This document shows, in pieces, positions 1 through 8,633 of a stretch of 64,000 nucleotides of DNA (position 1 is its first letter; every line of letters starts with the position of its first letter). Origin of the DNA: Euryarchaeota archaeon UBA251 (GTDB lineage Archaea; Thermoplasmatota; Poseidoniia; Poseidoniales; Thalassarchaeaceae); assembly GCA_002497905.1 (NCBI GenBank), contig DAFJ01000073.1, forward strand, positions 3,929 to 67,928, in the 5' to 3' direction. Under the pieces are notes generated by a model. That model ran no database searches. It was not told the origin of the DNA and was given only the letters and a program-made list of their open reading frames with translations. The position numbers were made by a program, and so were the translations under genes.

Positions 1-290
1 TCGAAGACATCACCGATATGGATGACCTCGTCCTCGTCAACTTCAATTTCTTCATTGCTACTGTGTGCTCCGTCAGAAAGAGTGAACTGAACAATCACTG
101 CCTTTGGAGGCCTGACATGAATCAAGTGGACATGAGAGCAGGTTTCGCATCGAACCCTGTAGTCTGCTCCTCCACCTACCTCTTTCTCGGAGAGTATCTC
201 ATGGACTTCTTCAGTGCCACAAGATGGACATTCTTCCACATGGACGAGTTCCTCGTCTTCCTCGTCGGTATCGTGAGTTGCATCCTCCAT
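1..290 (-). CDS. CPxCG zinc-ribbon protein, N-terminal part only (ORF runs off left edge; not in supplied ORF track)
   Basis: Hand translation of reverse strand from ATG (complement of 288-290): MEDATHDTDEEDEELVHVEECPSCGTEEVHEILSEKEVGGGADYRVRCETCSHVHLIHVRPPKAVIVQFTLSDGAHSSNEEIEVDEDEVIHIGDVF, open to position 1. Four-Cys ribbon CPSCG...CETC. Confidence 0.55.
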   Translation of the reverse strand, partial: MEDATHDTDEEDEELVHVEECPSCGTEEVHEILSEKEVGGGADYRVRCETCSHVHLIHVRPPKAVIVQFTLSDGAHSSNEEIEVDEDEVIHIGDVF

Positions 291-335
291 AGACGCGCGC
301 CGTTCACACTTCATTTAGGTCTGTTGGATAGTGGG

Positions 336-1121
336 ATGGTTCAAGGGCAACGAACGGGAGCGTTTGGTATGGACGGAGGCTTGCCTCAGTTTTCTCAAGA
401 GGAGATTATGACTGCACTCTTGGCAGGCTCCGAAAGAGGGGGTGAGGAGCCAGAGATTGCTGCTAACATCACTCAGCAGATGTTGCACATGGAACTCGAA
501 CCTCTATCAAGATCTATGCGTGCACGACTTCGGGACATTGTAGTCCGTTTAGAGCCTGATCACTTTATCGAGGTCGGTGCAGGTATTGGTCAACTCAGTG
601 CATGGTTCCACGATGCTTGGGAAAGTGGTGGTCATCCGAAGTCCTATGCGATGGTAGAGGAAGGTCAGCGATTCGGAGTTATTCTACAGAGGGTCGTTGA
701 GCGCTTCTCTGCTGCCGATTGGTGCAATGTCCGCGTTGGCCCTTGGGATTCTATGGTAAGTGAATCAATTGCTTGGCTTGCAGCGAATGCCTCCATGCCA
801 GAGGAGGCGCGTTCGGGATCAATCCTCCCTGTTCCCGCAGATGTTGTGTTGGTTAACACAGATTGGAGGAGTCAAGTGAAGGATGTTGAGAATGCGTTCC
901 AACTTCTTCGTCCAGGTGGCGTTCTTTTGACTCCCGAACCATTGGTTCCATCATCAGATGTGGGCGATTATCCCGAAGGCGAACCTCAGAGTGATGCACA
1001 AATACGTGTCGAGGTGTTCAATCACTGGATTCGTCTGATTCAACGATGGTCTACTCAGCATGCCGTTGGAATTGCGGAAGTCACAGCTGGTTCGGTTGTG
1101 GCAATTCGACGCTTGAAATAA
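336..1121 (+). CDS. Class I SAM-dependent methyltransferase (O-methyltransferase-like)
   Basis: Motif I-like FIEVGAGIGQLSAWF and distal VVLVNTDW / LLRPGGVLL blocks. The track ORF starts at 18, but 18-290 overlaps the better opposite-strand zinc-ribbon ORF, so start is taken at ATG 336 (alternative ATG 369). Confidence 0.6.
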   Translation: MVQGQRTGAFGMDGGLPQFSQEEIMTALLAGSERGGEEPEIAANITQQMLHMELEPLSRSMRARLRDIVVRLEPDHFIEVGAGIGQLSAWFHDAWESGGHPKSYAMVEEGQRFGVILQRVVERFSAADWCNVRVGPWDSMVSESIAWLAANASMPEEARSGSILPVPADVVLVNTDWRSQVKDVENAFQLLRPGGVLLTPEPLVPSSDVGDYPEGEPQSDAQIRVEVFNHWIRLIQRWSTQHAVGIAEVTAGSVVAIRRLK

Positions 1122-2444
1122 TCAGAATGCGCTCGCCGGGGGTGTGTCCGGATCGAGTCCAGTGAGACTTTGGAAGAGGGCAGCAGCATCGAGTTGTCCG
1201 TAACCTTCGTAGTCATCATGTGATTCAGGAGCATCTGAAGCGGTTTCCATCAAGGCTTCTTTCACATTCAATATAGCATCTGGACCACCATCAATAGCAT
1301 TCGGTTGGAGGTTCGGTGCACCTTGGAGTGTGATTGCTAATGCGCCGGTGACGTAGACCGTTGCTGCACTTGTTCCAGATGACCAACCCCATACATAATC
1401 GGAAAATTCGGAACTGGGGATGATTAGAACCGGTACCTCGTGTCCTCCTCCTGTGATTTCTGGTTTCATATCTGGGTCGCTGTTTGGGAGGCGTGGGGGG
1501 AAGAAACCGCCATTGTTGTCACCCTGACTGCTTCCTTCCCACATGTCTCCAGTGCGATCGTGGCCTCCTACACAGATGACTCGCTGTATCGAACCCGGAC
1601 TCTCTACATCGCCATCATCATCTGGACCTCCATCGTTTCCTGCCGCGGCGATTACGTAGATTCCTGCATCGAGTGCAGCCTGAACAGAGTTTTCTGACTC
1701 GTCTGTTGATTGTCCAAAGAAGCGTAGTCCTGCAGTCCCGCCAAGGCTCATGCTGATGATGTCGACTTCCTGTTGAATGCACCAGTCCACAGCAGTAGCA
1801 ACTGTTTGATCATCTCCACTTCCGTCGCTTGAGAGTGCTTTAGCGATATACAGGTTCACTCCCTTCGCGATACCATTCAAACCGCCATCAGCAACAAGGA
1901 TGCCTGCCATAGACGTTCCATGCCCCTCATCGTCGTAGGGTTCAGGTTCCTGATTAATCACATCAGTCCATCCGGCTAGAGTGACTTTGCTTAGATCTGG
2001 ATGAGCTAGATCAATCCCTGTATCCACTATGCATACATCTACGCCGCTACCGTCCCATCCAACAAATGAATCGAGTCCAGTCATTAATTCGTGATCTTCT
2101 TGCCAATCAATGAGTTCTTGAGGTGGCCCGAGTAGAATTATCTCACCTTCGGGAAATAGCACAATCAGGGATGAAGCTAAGACAATCATTATTGATGCAA
2201 GTATGACTTTTGGTTTCCTAAGCCAATTGATTGGTGGGAACCACCAAGGCATCAACCATATATCGGCCTCATCGAGTATTTTTTTTGGAAGCGAATCAAT
2301 CCCCTCTTCTCCTTTTTGAGAGTCGAATAATTCGCCCTCGATAGATTCAGGATTGGCTAATGATGAGGTGAAGTGTTCCTCTAAATTGTTAGGAGCAGTT
2401 TGTTCAAGGATGGAATCAATCACATCCTCCTCGTCGCTATTCAC
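1122..2444 (-). CDS. Membrane-anchored subtilisin-like serine protease (peptidase S8)
   Basis: Catalytic triad contexts VCIVDTGIDLAHPDL (Asp), EGHGTSMAGIL (His), SSGTSAATVYVTGALA (Ser). Acidic N-terminus followed by a TM helix (VILASIMIVLASSLIVLF). GTG start. Confidence 0.9.
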   Translation of the reverse strand: MNSDEEDVIDSILEQTAPNNLEEHFTSSLANPESIEGELFDSQKGEEGIDSLPKKILDEADIWLMPWWFPPINWLRKPKVILASIMIVLASSLIVLFPEGEIILLGPPQELIDWQEDHELMTGLDSFVGWDGSGVDVCIVDTGIDLAHPDLSKVTLAGWTDVINQEPEPYDDEGHGTSMAGILVADGGLNGIAKGVNLYIAKALSSDGSGDDQTVATAVDWCIQQEVDIISMSLGGTAGLRFFGQSTDESENSVQAALDAGIYVIAAAGNDGGPDDDGDVESPGSIQRVICVGGHDRTGDMWEGSSQGDNNGGFFPPRLPNSDPDMKPEITGGGHEVPVLIIPSSEFSDYVWGWSSGTSAATVYVTGALAITLQGAPNLQPNAIDGGPDAILNVKEALMETASDAPESHDDYEGYGQLDAAALFQSLTGLDPDTPPASAF

Positions 2445-2483
2445 GGGGCTAGGTGGAGACCCTCCTACAAATCGATTCGGTCG

Positions 2484-3701
2484 TTATGTTCTCGGGATTG
2501 CAGTGAATAATTCATCCATAGCATCCACGGTTTGTTTTGCTTCTTCGATTGTGTTGTAGGCATAGGCCGAGAATCTGAGTGAGCCGTTTAGTGCATCATT
2601 AGCATGGAACCATGGATCGACACAGTGGAGTCCACTCCGTGCATAAATCCCGAATCCCTCATCGAGCATGATGGCAATTTGATGAGGGTCGCGTCCTTCC
2701 AGCAAGATTGAGGTAATTCCTCCTCGCTCTGACGGGTTATCAGGTCCAATGATGGAGGTGCCATCAAGGTCACGTACCCCCTCGCTGATAATTCGGTTTA
2801 TTTTCACTTCATGTTCGTGGATTTTTTCCATGGATAAATCGTTTAGGAAATCAACTGCTGCCGCAGTCCCATAGTACCCTGCGTAATGGCCAAGGCCACC
2901 CTCAAGATGGCCTCTTCCTGGCTTGAATACAAAGTCGTCGATTGTAGATCGTGATACTGTCTGCCCTCCTGCAGCGATTGACCTTAATCCATTGAATGCC
3001 TCCTCAGATGCGACAAGTGCTCCCATCCCAGATGGCCCCATCATCTTGTGGATACTAAATACTAGGAAATCGGCTTCGATTTCCTGCATGTCTACTACCT
3101 GGTGCGGGACAGATTGCGCAGCATCTAGGAGAATTTGTGCTCCGTGATCGTGGGCGATCTTTGCACATTCTTTTGCAGGGGTCGAAGTCCCATCGAGATT
3201 CCTTGTGTGCCCTATTGCAGCCATGCGAAGGGAGTCGCCTGCATCAGCACATATGGCTTCGAAGTCCTCGAGATCGAATCGTCCATCTTCATCAGTTCGA
3301 GAGACACGGACATCTACGCCATCCTGCATCCTCCAAGGGATGGAGTTAGAATTATGCTCTTTGTCAGTGATTACGACAACATCACCCTTTTCCCATTTTG
3401 TTCCATGTGCAACAGCGTTGATTGAATGAGTTGCATTTCTAGTAAAAACCACTTCATCTGGACCCTGGGCGCCTACAAGTCGAGCGATTCCATCTCTCGC
3501 AGCGTGTTCGGTTCGGGTCACAGCCATACCCCATCTATGTGCGCTGCGGCCACCGCAGGAAGGTTCCTGTTCGTAATATCGGGTCACTGCATCTATGACG
3601 CTCTGTGGACGAAGTGTAACACATGCATTGTCTAGATAGATGGGGCTGTCGCCTTGTAGCGAGGGTATCTGACTGCGGATATTCTTAGGGTCCATTACCA
3701 T
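2484..3701 (-). CDS. Cysteine desulfurase, class V aminotransferase (SufS/CsdA-like)
   Basis: PLP-lysine context FLVFSIHKMMGPSGMGAL and active-site Cys context ARSGLHCVDPW. Start taken at ATG 3701 (MVMDPKNIRSQIP...), which overlaps the TGGTAA end of the upstream gene and is preceded by GGAGG. Confidence 0.85.
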   Translation of the reverse strand: MVMDPKNIRSQIPSLQGDSPIYLDNACVTLRPQSVIDAVTRYYEQEPSCGGRSAHRWGMAVTRTEHAARDGIARLVGAQGPDEVVFTRNATHSINAVAHGTKWEKGDVVVITDKEHNSNSIPWRMQDGVDVRVSRTDEDGRFDLEDFEAICADAGDSLRMAAIGHTRNLDGTSTPAKECAKIAHDHGAQILLDAAQSVPHQVVDMQEIEADFLVFSIHKMMGPSGMGALVASEEAFNGLRSIAAGGQTVSRSTIDDFVFKPGRGHLEGGLGHYAGYYGTAAAVDFLNDLSMEKIHEHEVKINRIISEGVRDLDGTSIIGPDNPSERGGITSILLEGRDPHQIAIMLDEGFGIYARSGLHCVDPWFHANDALNGSLRFSAYAYNTIEEAKQTVDAMDELFTAIPRT

Positions 3702-4846
3702 GCATCCTCCATTGGAAAGAGATCTGATACTGAGGCGCCTGTACCACAGGATGCACATTCGATGATTGCAGATATTGGATTCTCACAGATAGGACAGTCT
3801 TGGCTGACCGGTCCTTCTCCATTACAATCAGGAGTATTACAAGCTGAGACGATAATCCCATTTGCAGTCATGTGTGCTGCACTCGGTGTGCCGCATGAAG
3901 GGCATGTACCAATGTCGTTTGAAGTGTCGACGATAGCAGCAGTTGCCATTCTTGATGCTTCAGACTCGATAGTCAGTGTGGTACCCCCAAGCATGAACTG
4001 TGGGTACCATAGTATGAGCATCATTAGAGTCGCAGAGAGCATGGTGAAGAGGATGTATGTGAGATAACTAAACATCCGTGAGGATTCAAACGGTGGGCGT
4101 TGCGCAACATGTGCTGCGCCTGCGAATCCTGCGAGGTTGATACATACTGCGAACAGGAAGATGGCCAATGTCCACCCTGCGAGACTGTGGTCTCGCTTCG
4201 CCCGTTCCATTTCGTATGGGTCTGGATGTTGGTGTCGCGTTTGAACATGTAAATCTCGGGTTTCAGTCACAGATCGGTGGATTACGACGATGAGGATGAA
4301 TACTAGAATTGCTTCTCCCACGAAAATTCCTAGAAAATCAGATGCATTGGTTCCAAATGGGAAGTTCGGTGCGCCAGCATGGGCTGAAATCATGCCAACT
4401 TGGACGCATACTATACTGGCCATCAGAGCAATTGCATGGGATCTCATTAGAGGAAAAATCTGCCAATTAACTCCAATGAATCCTAGCCATAGGGCTCCAG
4501 AGATGATGGTTAGGAAGAAGGAACTGGAACTAATTGCAAACAAACCTGATTCGGGATTGAAGATGCTTATGCCGGAGAATCGGTAATCACCTCCCCCTGC
4601 GAGTTCTCCGATTCCCAAGTCCCATGCGCCTGCTATGGTTGCGAGCCCAGCGAGTGATAAGGCGAGTAGATTGAGGCCTGACCAGTTCGAGATTGCTAAC
4701 CGAATCTTATGCGAAAAATCGGTTAGCATGTGGTCTATCCACTCAAGGCTCTCATGCCATTCTACGAAATCAGTGACTGTAGCCATCTCAGAGAGCCTGA
4801 CCATGCCGTTGGGCTCACCGCCTTGGAGGTCGTCCTCTTCGGACAT
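3695..4846 (-). CDS. Polytopic membrane protein with C-terminal Cys-rich (four Cys-pair) tail
   Basis: Multiple hydrophobic helices. C-terminus is GTCPSCGTPSAAHMTANGIIVSACNTPDCNGEGPVSQDCPICENPISAIIECASCG. Track start 4996 is rejected because 4906-4991 is a tRNA gene, so start is taken at ATG 4846 (MSEEDDLQ...). Confidence 0.6.
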   Translation of the reverse strand: MSEEDDLQGGEPNGMVRLSEMATVTDFVEWHESLEWIDHMLTDFSHKIRLAISNWSGLNLLALSLAGLATIAGAWDLGIGELAGGGDYRFSGISIFNPESGLFAISSSSFFLTIISGALWLGFIGVNWQIFPLMRSHAIALMASIVCVQVGMISAHAGAPNFPFGTNASDFLGIFVGEAILVFILIVVIHRSVTETRDLHVQTRHQHPDPYEMERAKRDHSLAGWTLAIFLFAVCINLAGFAGAAHVAQRPPFESSRMFSYLTYILFTMLSATLMMLILWYPQFMLGGTTLTIESEASRMATAAIVDTSNDIGTCPSCGTPSAAHMTANGIIVSACNTPDCNGEGPVSQDCPICENPISAIIECASCGTGASVSDLFPMEDAW

Positions 4847-4905
4847 GAATGGGTCATGTGAAGACCGGTCATGAATGCACCGCCGAAGTACCGTGTATGC
4901 AATGA

Positions 4906-4991
4906 TGGCGCCGAGACGGAGATTTGAACTCCGGAGGGAAAATCCCACATGATTTCCAGTCATGCGCAATACCAGGCTATGCGATCTCGGC
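4906..4991 (-). tRNA. tRNA-Ser (anticodon GGA), CCA encoded
   Basis: Hand-folded cloverleaf on the reverse strand: acceptor GCCGAGA/TCTCGGC, D arm GCAT-AGCCTGGTA-TTGC, anticodon arm CATGA-CTGGAAA-TCATG, long variable arm TGGGATTTTCCCTC (GGGA/TCCC stem), T arm CGGAG-TTCAAAT-CTCCG, discriminator G, then CCA. Confidence 0.9.
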
Positions 4992-5010
4992 AGCAAGTGC
5001 TCCGAGTCAG

Positions 5011-5020
5011 GTTTTAGTTT
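5011..5020 (-). promoter_or_regulatory. Candidate TATA-like box for tRNA-Ser
   Basis: Reverse strand AAACTAAAAC, centred about 25 nt upstream of the tRNA 5' end at 4991. Confidence 0.3.
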
Positions 5021-5070
5021 TCACGCTACCGCTTTGTTTTGTATTGGGTTGAAACGGGTCCAAATCCTAG

Positions 5071-5280
5071 TCATCTACGCTGTCTAAACATTTGGGGCGG
5101 AGGCGGAGTAAGCGTTTTTTGGGTTACTCTTGTCCGTTGTCTGGCCGGATTCATTGGAGGTATTTTCCAAAGATTAGGGGTGGTCTTTGGTTGATTTCGC
5201 ATTATTTTGACAACCAAAATCGCCGAGAGTACAAGGGCGATTCCAGCAAGCGTGAATATCAACGTCTCTGATGCAATCAT
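5071..5280 (-). CDS. Small single-pass membrane protein (hypothetical)
   Basis: 69 aa with one clear TM helix (LIFTLAGIALVLSAILVVKIM) and a basic Pro-rich tail. The ATG is preceded at about 25 nt by TCATATAC (see promoter call). No recognisable family. Confidence 0.35.
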   Translation of the reverse strand: MIASETLIFTLAGIALVLSAILVVKIMRNQPKTTPNLWKIPPMNPARQRTRVTQKTLTPPPPQMFRQRR

Positions 5281-5301
5281 AGTTGATGTGGGTTTGAATC
5301 C

Positions 5302-5309
5302 GTATATGA
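5302..5309 (-). promoter_or_regulatory. Candidate TATA-like box (TCATATAC) for ORF 5071-5280
   Basis: Reverse strand TCATATAC, centred about 25 nt upstream of ATG 5280. The spacing fits a leaderless transcript. Confidence 0.3.
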
Positions 5310-5343
5310 AATGCTGTTAATGTCAATGAGCACGTTCCGTAGC

Positions 5344-5351
5344 GATTAAAC
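5344..5351 (+). promoter_or_regulatory. Candidate TATA-like box for tRNA-Thr
   Basis: GATTAAAC, centred about 29 nt upstream of the tRNA 5' end at 5377. Confidence 0.25.
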
Positions 5352-5376
5352 CGAGGTCCCGATTCGTGGAGGCGCT

Positions 5377-5448
5377 GCCACTGTGGCTTAGGGGTATAGC
5401 GACGCCTTGGTAAGGCGTAGGTCGCGAGTTCAATTCTCGCCAGTGGCT
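5377..5448 (+). tRNA. tRNA-Thr (anticodon GGT), no encoded CCA
   Basis: Hand-folded: acceptor GCCACTG/CAGTGGC, D arm GCTT-AGGGGTA-TAGC, anticodon arm ACGCC-TTGGTAA-GGCGT, variable AGGTC, T arm GCGAG-TTCAATT-CTCGC, discriminator T. Confidence 0.9.
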
Positions 5449-5572
5449 CTCCTAGAGCGTTTCGGCGATTCCGCATTTCTGTTAGAAACGGCATATCAGG
5501 AATGAACAATCTCTCTAGTTTATAGACCCTGAAAGAGGGGCGTAAGCCTCGAGGACAACGTCCTCAGATGGG

Positions 5573-5773
5573 ATGGAAATGACAGTGCAGATGAAGCCGA
5601 GAGGCAAGGAAAAGAATGTAGAGGCATCAATGAGTGAGCTCAAGTCCGAGGTTGAGGATCTTCGTCAACTTGTGCACACGCTCCTTACAATAATCATGGA
5701 GGAAGCAGATGGTATCCAGTCTGGAGCCGCACCTACAATTCCTAATCAGCCTAAGCGCCGCTTCAGCATGTAA
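5573..5773 (+). CDS. Small hypothetical protein (coiled-coil-like)
   Basis: 66-aa ORF occupying an otherwise empty gap. Has a heptad-like stretch SELKSEVEDLRQLVHTLLTIIMEE. GTTTATAG box at 5518-5525 upstream. No family recognised. Confidence 0.3.
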   Translation: MEMTVQMKPRGKEKNVEASMSELKSEVEDLRQLVHTLLTIIMEEADGIQSGAAPTIPNQPKRRFSM

Positions 5774-5780
5774 TTCATGT

Positions 5781-6407
5781 TCAATATTGCACCGGCGATT
5801 CGTCGTGTTGTCTCCATAGGTACCATACGGCACAGGTTCGAAAAGGCTTCCAAATTTCAGCACGCTGTTCAATCTCTCCGATTTCGAGAGGACCTCTCCC
5901 TTCCATTGCCTCAATACACCGGATGACCCCAATATCTCCTATTGGTAGTACATCTGGATCTAGGAGGGAGAATATCCGTACCATATCGATTGTCCAAGGG
6001 CCAACTCCCCATATTGGCCTGAGTTCTCCAACGACTTCTTCGGAACTCATCTTGGACCATTCTATATCTTGGAGATGTTCCGAAATTTCAGCAATACCTG
6101 CGAGAGTGCGCCCCTTCGATCGTGAAATCCCTATTTTCTTCAGATCATTTTCCGTGATTTTTGCAATGGGTTTTGGGTCGAAGGTTCCTCCGCAATAATC
6201 CAGGAGTCGCTTCCAGATAGCATCAGCTGCAATAGCAGAGATCTGCTGCCCTACGACGGCGTTGCAGATTGTTCTGACGATATCACCTTCGCCAATAAGT
6301 GGTGGCTCCTCCACATAATCTATGATTCTACCAATCTCAGAATCTACGTCTCGAAGGTGTCGTTTTGCATCTTCCCACCAGAATGGGGTGCCTTTGGGTG
6401 TGGGCAT
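5781..6407 (-). CDS. HhH-GPD DNA glycosylase, 3-methyladenine DNA glycosylase II (AlkA/Mag-like)
   Basis: NAVVGQQISAIAADAIWKRL, a helix-hairpin-helix IWGVGPWTIDMVRIF, and the catalytic-Asp context DVLPIGDIGVIRCI. Confidence 0.8.
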   Translation of the reverse strand: MPTPKGTPFWWEDAKRHLRDVDSEIGRIIDYVEEPPLIGEGDIVRTICNAVVGQQISAIAADAIWKRLLDYCGGTFDPKPIAKITENDLKKIGISRSKGRTLAGIAEISEHLQDIEWSKMSSEEVVGELRPIWGVGPWTIDMVRIFSLLDPDVLPIGDIGVIRCIEAMEGRGPLEIGEIEQRAEIWKPFRTCAVWYLWRQHDESPVQY

Positions 6408-6460
6408 TTGAGTTGTTTTCTAGCCGTTCGTTTGAAAAGACTCGTGTGCCTCCCAGAATC

Positions 6461-7033
6461 ATGGTGGATGAGAAGACAATACTGATTGCTGCGGCTATCG
6501 CATTTCTTGGATTCATAGGAGTGTCCCTTCTTAATCCCGGATTAGGGGTCACAACGGATGATGAGCGGATTGAGGATGGATGCCTAGCAGGTGGTCACTC
6601 AGGAGGTACAATTGTTCGTCACGACCACATACATGTTGACATTTTCATCGAGGATGAGAATGGCGTCATGCAGCATGTTTCTCCTTTGACAGACGTTGGC
6701 GCAGGTTCGCCCGAGGACCCGTTGAATTCTCCTTGTATGCGTTTCATCCACACGCATACTCCGATGCCTCATAGTACGACAGGCGAACAGAGTACCACTG
6801 CATACCTGCATATCGAGACACCAACGGCTCTTGAGATTGAATTGCGCCATTGGTTCATGATATGGGGTCAGGAGTTCTCTGAGACCAACTTGATGGGATA
6901 CGATACTGGCGAGACACATGAGATTGTTGTGACATACAATGGTGAACCGGTTGAGGACTACATGTCACTCTTGATTGAGGAAGGTGTGCAGGACGACATC
7001 ATCAAGATTGAGTACCGATCAAAGGTAGCTTAA
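6461..7033 (+). CDS. Membrane-anchored or secreted His-rich protein of unknown function
   Basis: N-terminal TM/signal anchor (ILIAAAIAFLGFIGVSLL) then His clusters (VRHDHIHVDIFIEDENG, RFIHTHTPMPH, LHIETP). Start taken at ATG 6461 because the track start 6365 overlaps the glycosylase gene. Confidence 0.5.
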   Translation: MVDEKTILIAAAIAFLGFIGVSLLNPGLGVTTDDERIEDGCLAGGHSGGTIVRHDHIHVDIFIEDENGVMQHVSPLTDVGAGSPEDPLNSPCMRFIHTHTPMPHSTTGEQSTTAYLHIETPTALEIELRHWFMIWGQEFSETNLMGYDTGETHEIVVTYNGEPVEDYMSLLIEEGVQDDIIKIEYRSKVA

Positions 7034-7037
7034 TCCA

Positions 7038-8516
7038 TCATCCCTTGATGACAGCGATTGGAGTCAGACGGGCGACAGGTCGGGCGAGTCCTGCTTGGGA
7101 AGTAAGACGAATCACGTCGTCTACATCTTTGTACGCATTAGGAGCCTCTTCCGCGATGACTCGCGGTGTCCGTGCTCGAACTTCAATCCCTTTCGATTGG
7201 AGATCAGTGATGAGTTTCTCTCCGTTGATTGTTTCACGAGCCGCTTTTCTAGATAGTCGCCGTCCTGCTCCGTGGCAGGATGAAGCGAAGGCTTGATTCG
7301 ACCCAGACTTGGGCCCAGCGAGAACCCAAGAGGCAGTTCCCATATCTCCAGGTACGAGAACGGGTTGGCCTACACCGGAGAATCGAGAAGCTAGTTCAGG
7401 ATGGTCTCCTCCTAGTGCTCGAGTTGCTCCTTTGCGATGTACACAGCATCGACAAGATACGCCATGTACCCGATGATCCTCGATTTTTGCGATATTGTGA
7501 CTTACATCGTAGATTAGATTCACTTCGGTATCGCCACCGGAAAACTTCCGCATAGTGCGTCGGAGTCTTTCGGTCAGCGCTGATCGATTTGCAAAGGCGT
7601 AGTTTCCTGCTGCATGCATCGCATCGAGATAGGCTTCTCCCTCTTTACTATGAATCGGAGCGGCAGCTAGTTGGCGATCAGGGAGTCGATGCCCCCAGGA
7701 TTCTGCATGCCATGTATCTCCATCCTTTTGATACTTAGACTCGATTGCCTCGACATGTTCGCTGCAAACCTGGTGTCCGAGACCTCTGGACCCTGTATGG
7801 ATCATTGCAGTGAGTCCTCCTTCAACGAGGCCGAAGGATTTTGCAGCCTTCGGATCGACGATTTTGTCTACTACTTGTACCTCAAGGAAGTGGTTCCCGC
7901 TACCCAACGTTCCGAGTGCTTTCATTCCTCTTTCAATAGCCCTCTCTGATACATTCCTCTCTTCGGATTCAAGCAATCCATTACTCTCAATTGCTTCGAG
8001 GTCCTTGTCATTCCCAAGGCCAAGATCAACGGCCGCTTCTGCACCTCTGGATAGGATCTGATCCATCTGATGTTTCTTGAGGTCCCATCCTCCTTTCGAG
8101 GAGGCGCCTGCTGGCACTGCGTTGAACAGTCGTCTTGCCATCTCTTTGAGATTAGATCCCTCGGGTTTCGGTAGATCAATGGATAGAAGGCGCACTCCAC
8201 AGTTTATGTCGAATCCGACGCCTCCAGGAGAAATACTTCCTCCTAACTCTCCTGCTTCGATGTCTGTTGCAACAACGCCCCCAATAGGGAATCCATATCC
8301 GTAGTGCCAATCAGCCATGGCCCAAGCGTCACCTACTATGCCTGGCAAACTTGCCGTATTGACAACCTGTTGAGGAGATCTATCGTCGCTCAGGTCATTC
8401 CACTGAGCCTCATCCGCAATCATGCGGGCATCAGTTAGCATCTGCCCATGCTTCTTGATTCGAATCGTAACTTCATCTTCCCGAATCGCATGATTACGCC
8501 ATTCGGGCTCATCCAT
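7038..8516 (-). CDS. rtcB: RNA-splicing ligase RtcB
   Basis: RtcB signature blocks read by eye: GYGFPIGGV, GVGFDINCGVR, GSGNHFLEVQ, HTGSRGLGHQV, CHGAGR. Start taken at ATG 8516 (MDEPEWRNH...), giving 492 aa. The track extension to 8810 overlaps alaS. Confidence 0.9.
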   Translation of the reverse strand: MDEPEWRNHAIREDEVTIRIKKHGQMLTDARMIADEAQWNDLSDDRSPQQVVNTASLPGIVGDAWAMADWHYGYGFPIGGVVATDIEAGELGGSISPGGVGFDINCGVRLLSIDLPKPEGSNLKEMARRLFNAVPAGASSKGGWDLKKHQMDQILSRGAEAAVDLGLGNDKDLEAIESNGLLESEERNVSERAIERGMKALGTLGSGNHFLEVQVVDKIVDPKAAKSFGLVEGGLTAMIHTGSRGLGHQVCSEHVEAIESKYQKDGDTWHAESWGHRLPDRQLAAAPIHSKEGEAYLDAMHAAGNYAFANRSALTERLRRTMRKFSGGDTEVNLIYDVSHNIAKIEDHRVHGVSCRCCVHRKGATRALGGDHPELASRFSGVGQPVLVPGDMGTASWVLAGPKSGSNQAFASSCHGAGRRLSRKAARETINGEKLITDLQSKGIEVRARTPRVIAEEAPNAYKDVDDVIRLTSQAGLARPVARLTPIAVIKG

Positions 8517-8633
8517 GTTCTGACGATATGGTGTCGCTTCAAGTCGATTGCGGAAGGTTCGCCCACTTAATGGCTGGATTTCGGGTGGCCTTGAAGTGCT
8601 TCGGTCGGGTCCAAGGGATATCGAGGTGAGGCC

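Noticed and set aside
2279-2286. Run of eight T (A8 on the coding strand) inside the S8 protease gene, considered as a possible slippery or frameshift site.
   Set aside because: The reading frame continues uninterrupted through it (PKKILDE), and the catalytic motifs downstream are in the same frame. There is no evidence of a frameshift.
4847-4996. 5' extension of the membrane-protein ORF, and the 111-aa ORF at 5174-5509.
   Set aside because: Both run through hand-folded tRNA genes (tRNA-Ser 4906-4991 and tRNA-Thr 5377-5448). The translated ARIELATYALPRRRYTPKPQ-type peptide is what results from translating a tRNA gene.
5062-5074. 13-mer AAATCCTAGTCAT repeated at 49969-49981, with GGTTGAAA-like sequence just upstream in both places.
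   Set aside because: Both-strand comparison of 64 kb against itself should give tens of exact 13-mer matches by chance (about 4e9 pairs divided by 4^13). There is no extended similarity beyond the core, so I do not treat it as a repeat element.
4992-5376. Possible integrated element or att site between the two tRNA genes.
   Set aside because: tRNA genes are common integration targets. However, the interval holds only a 69-aa ORF, with no integrase, no direct repeat of a tRNA 3' end and no compositional break that I can see.
5547-5565. Perfect short hairpin GAGGAC-AAC-GTCCTC (with overlapping CCTCGAGG palindrome) upstream of ORF 5573, considered as a regulatory RNA or terminator.
   Set aside because: It has only a 6-bp stem, no flanking T-tract and no second copy. 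It is too small to distinguish from chance and could simply lie in a short 5' UTR.
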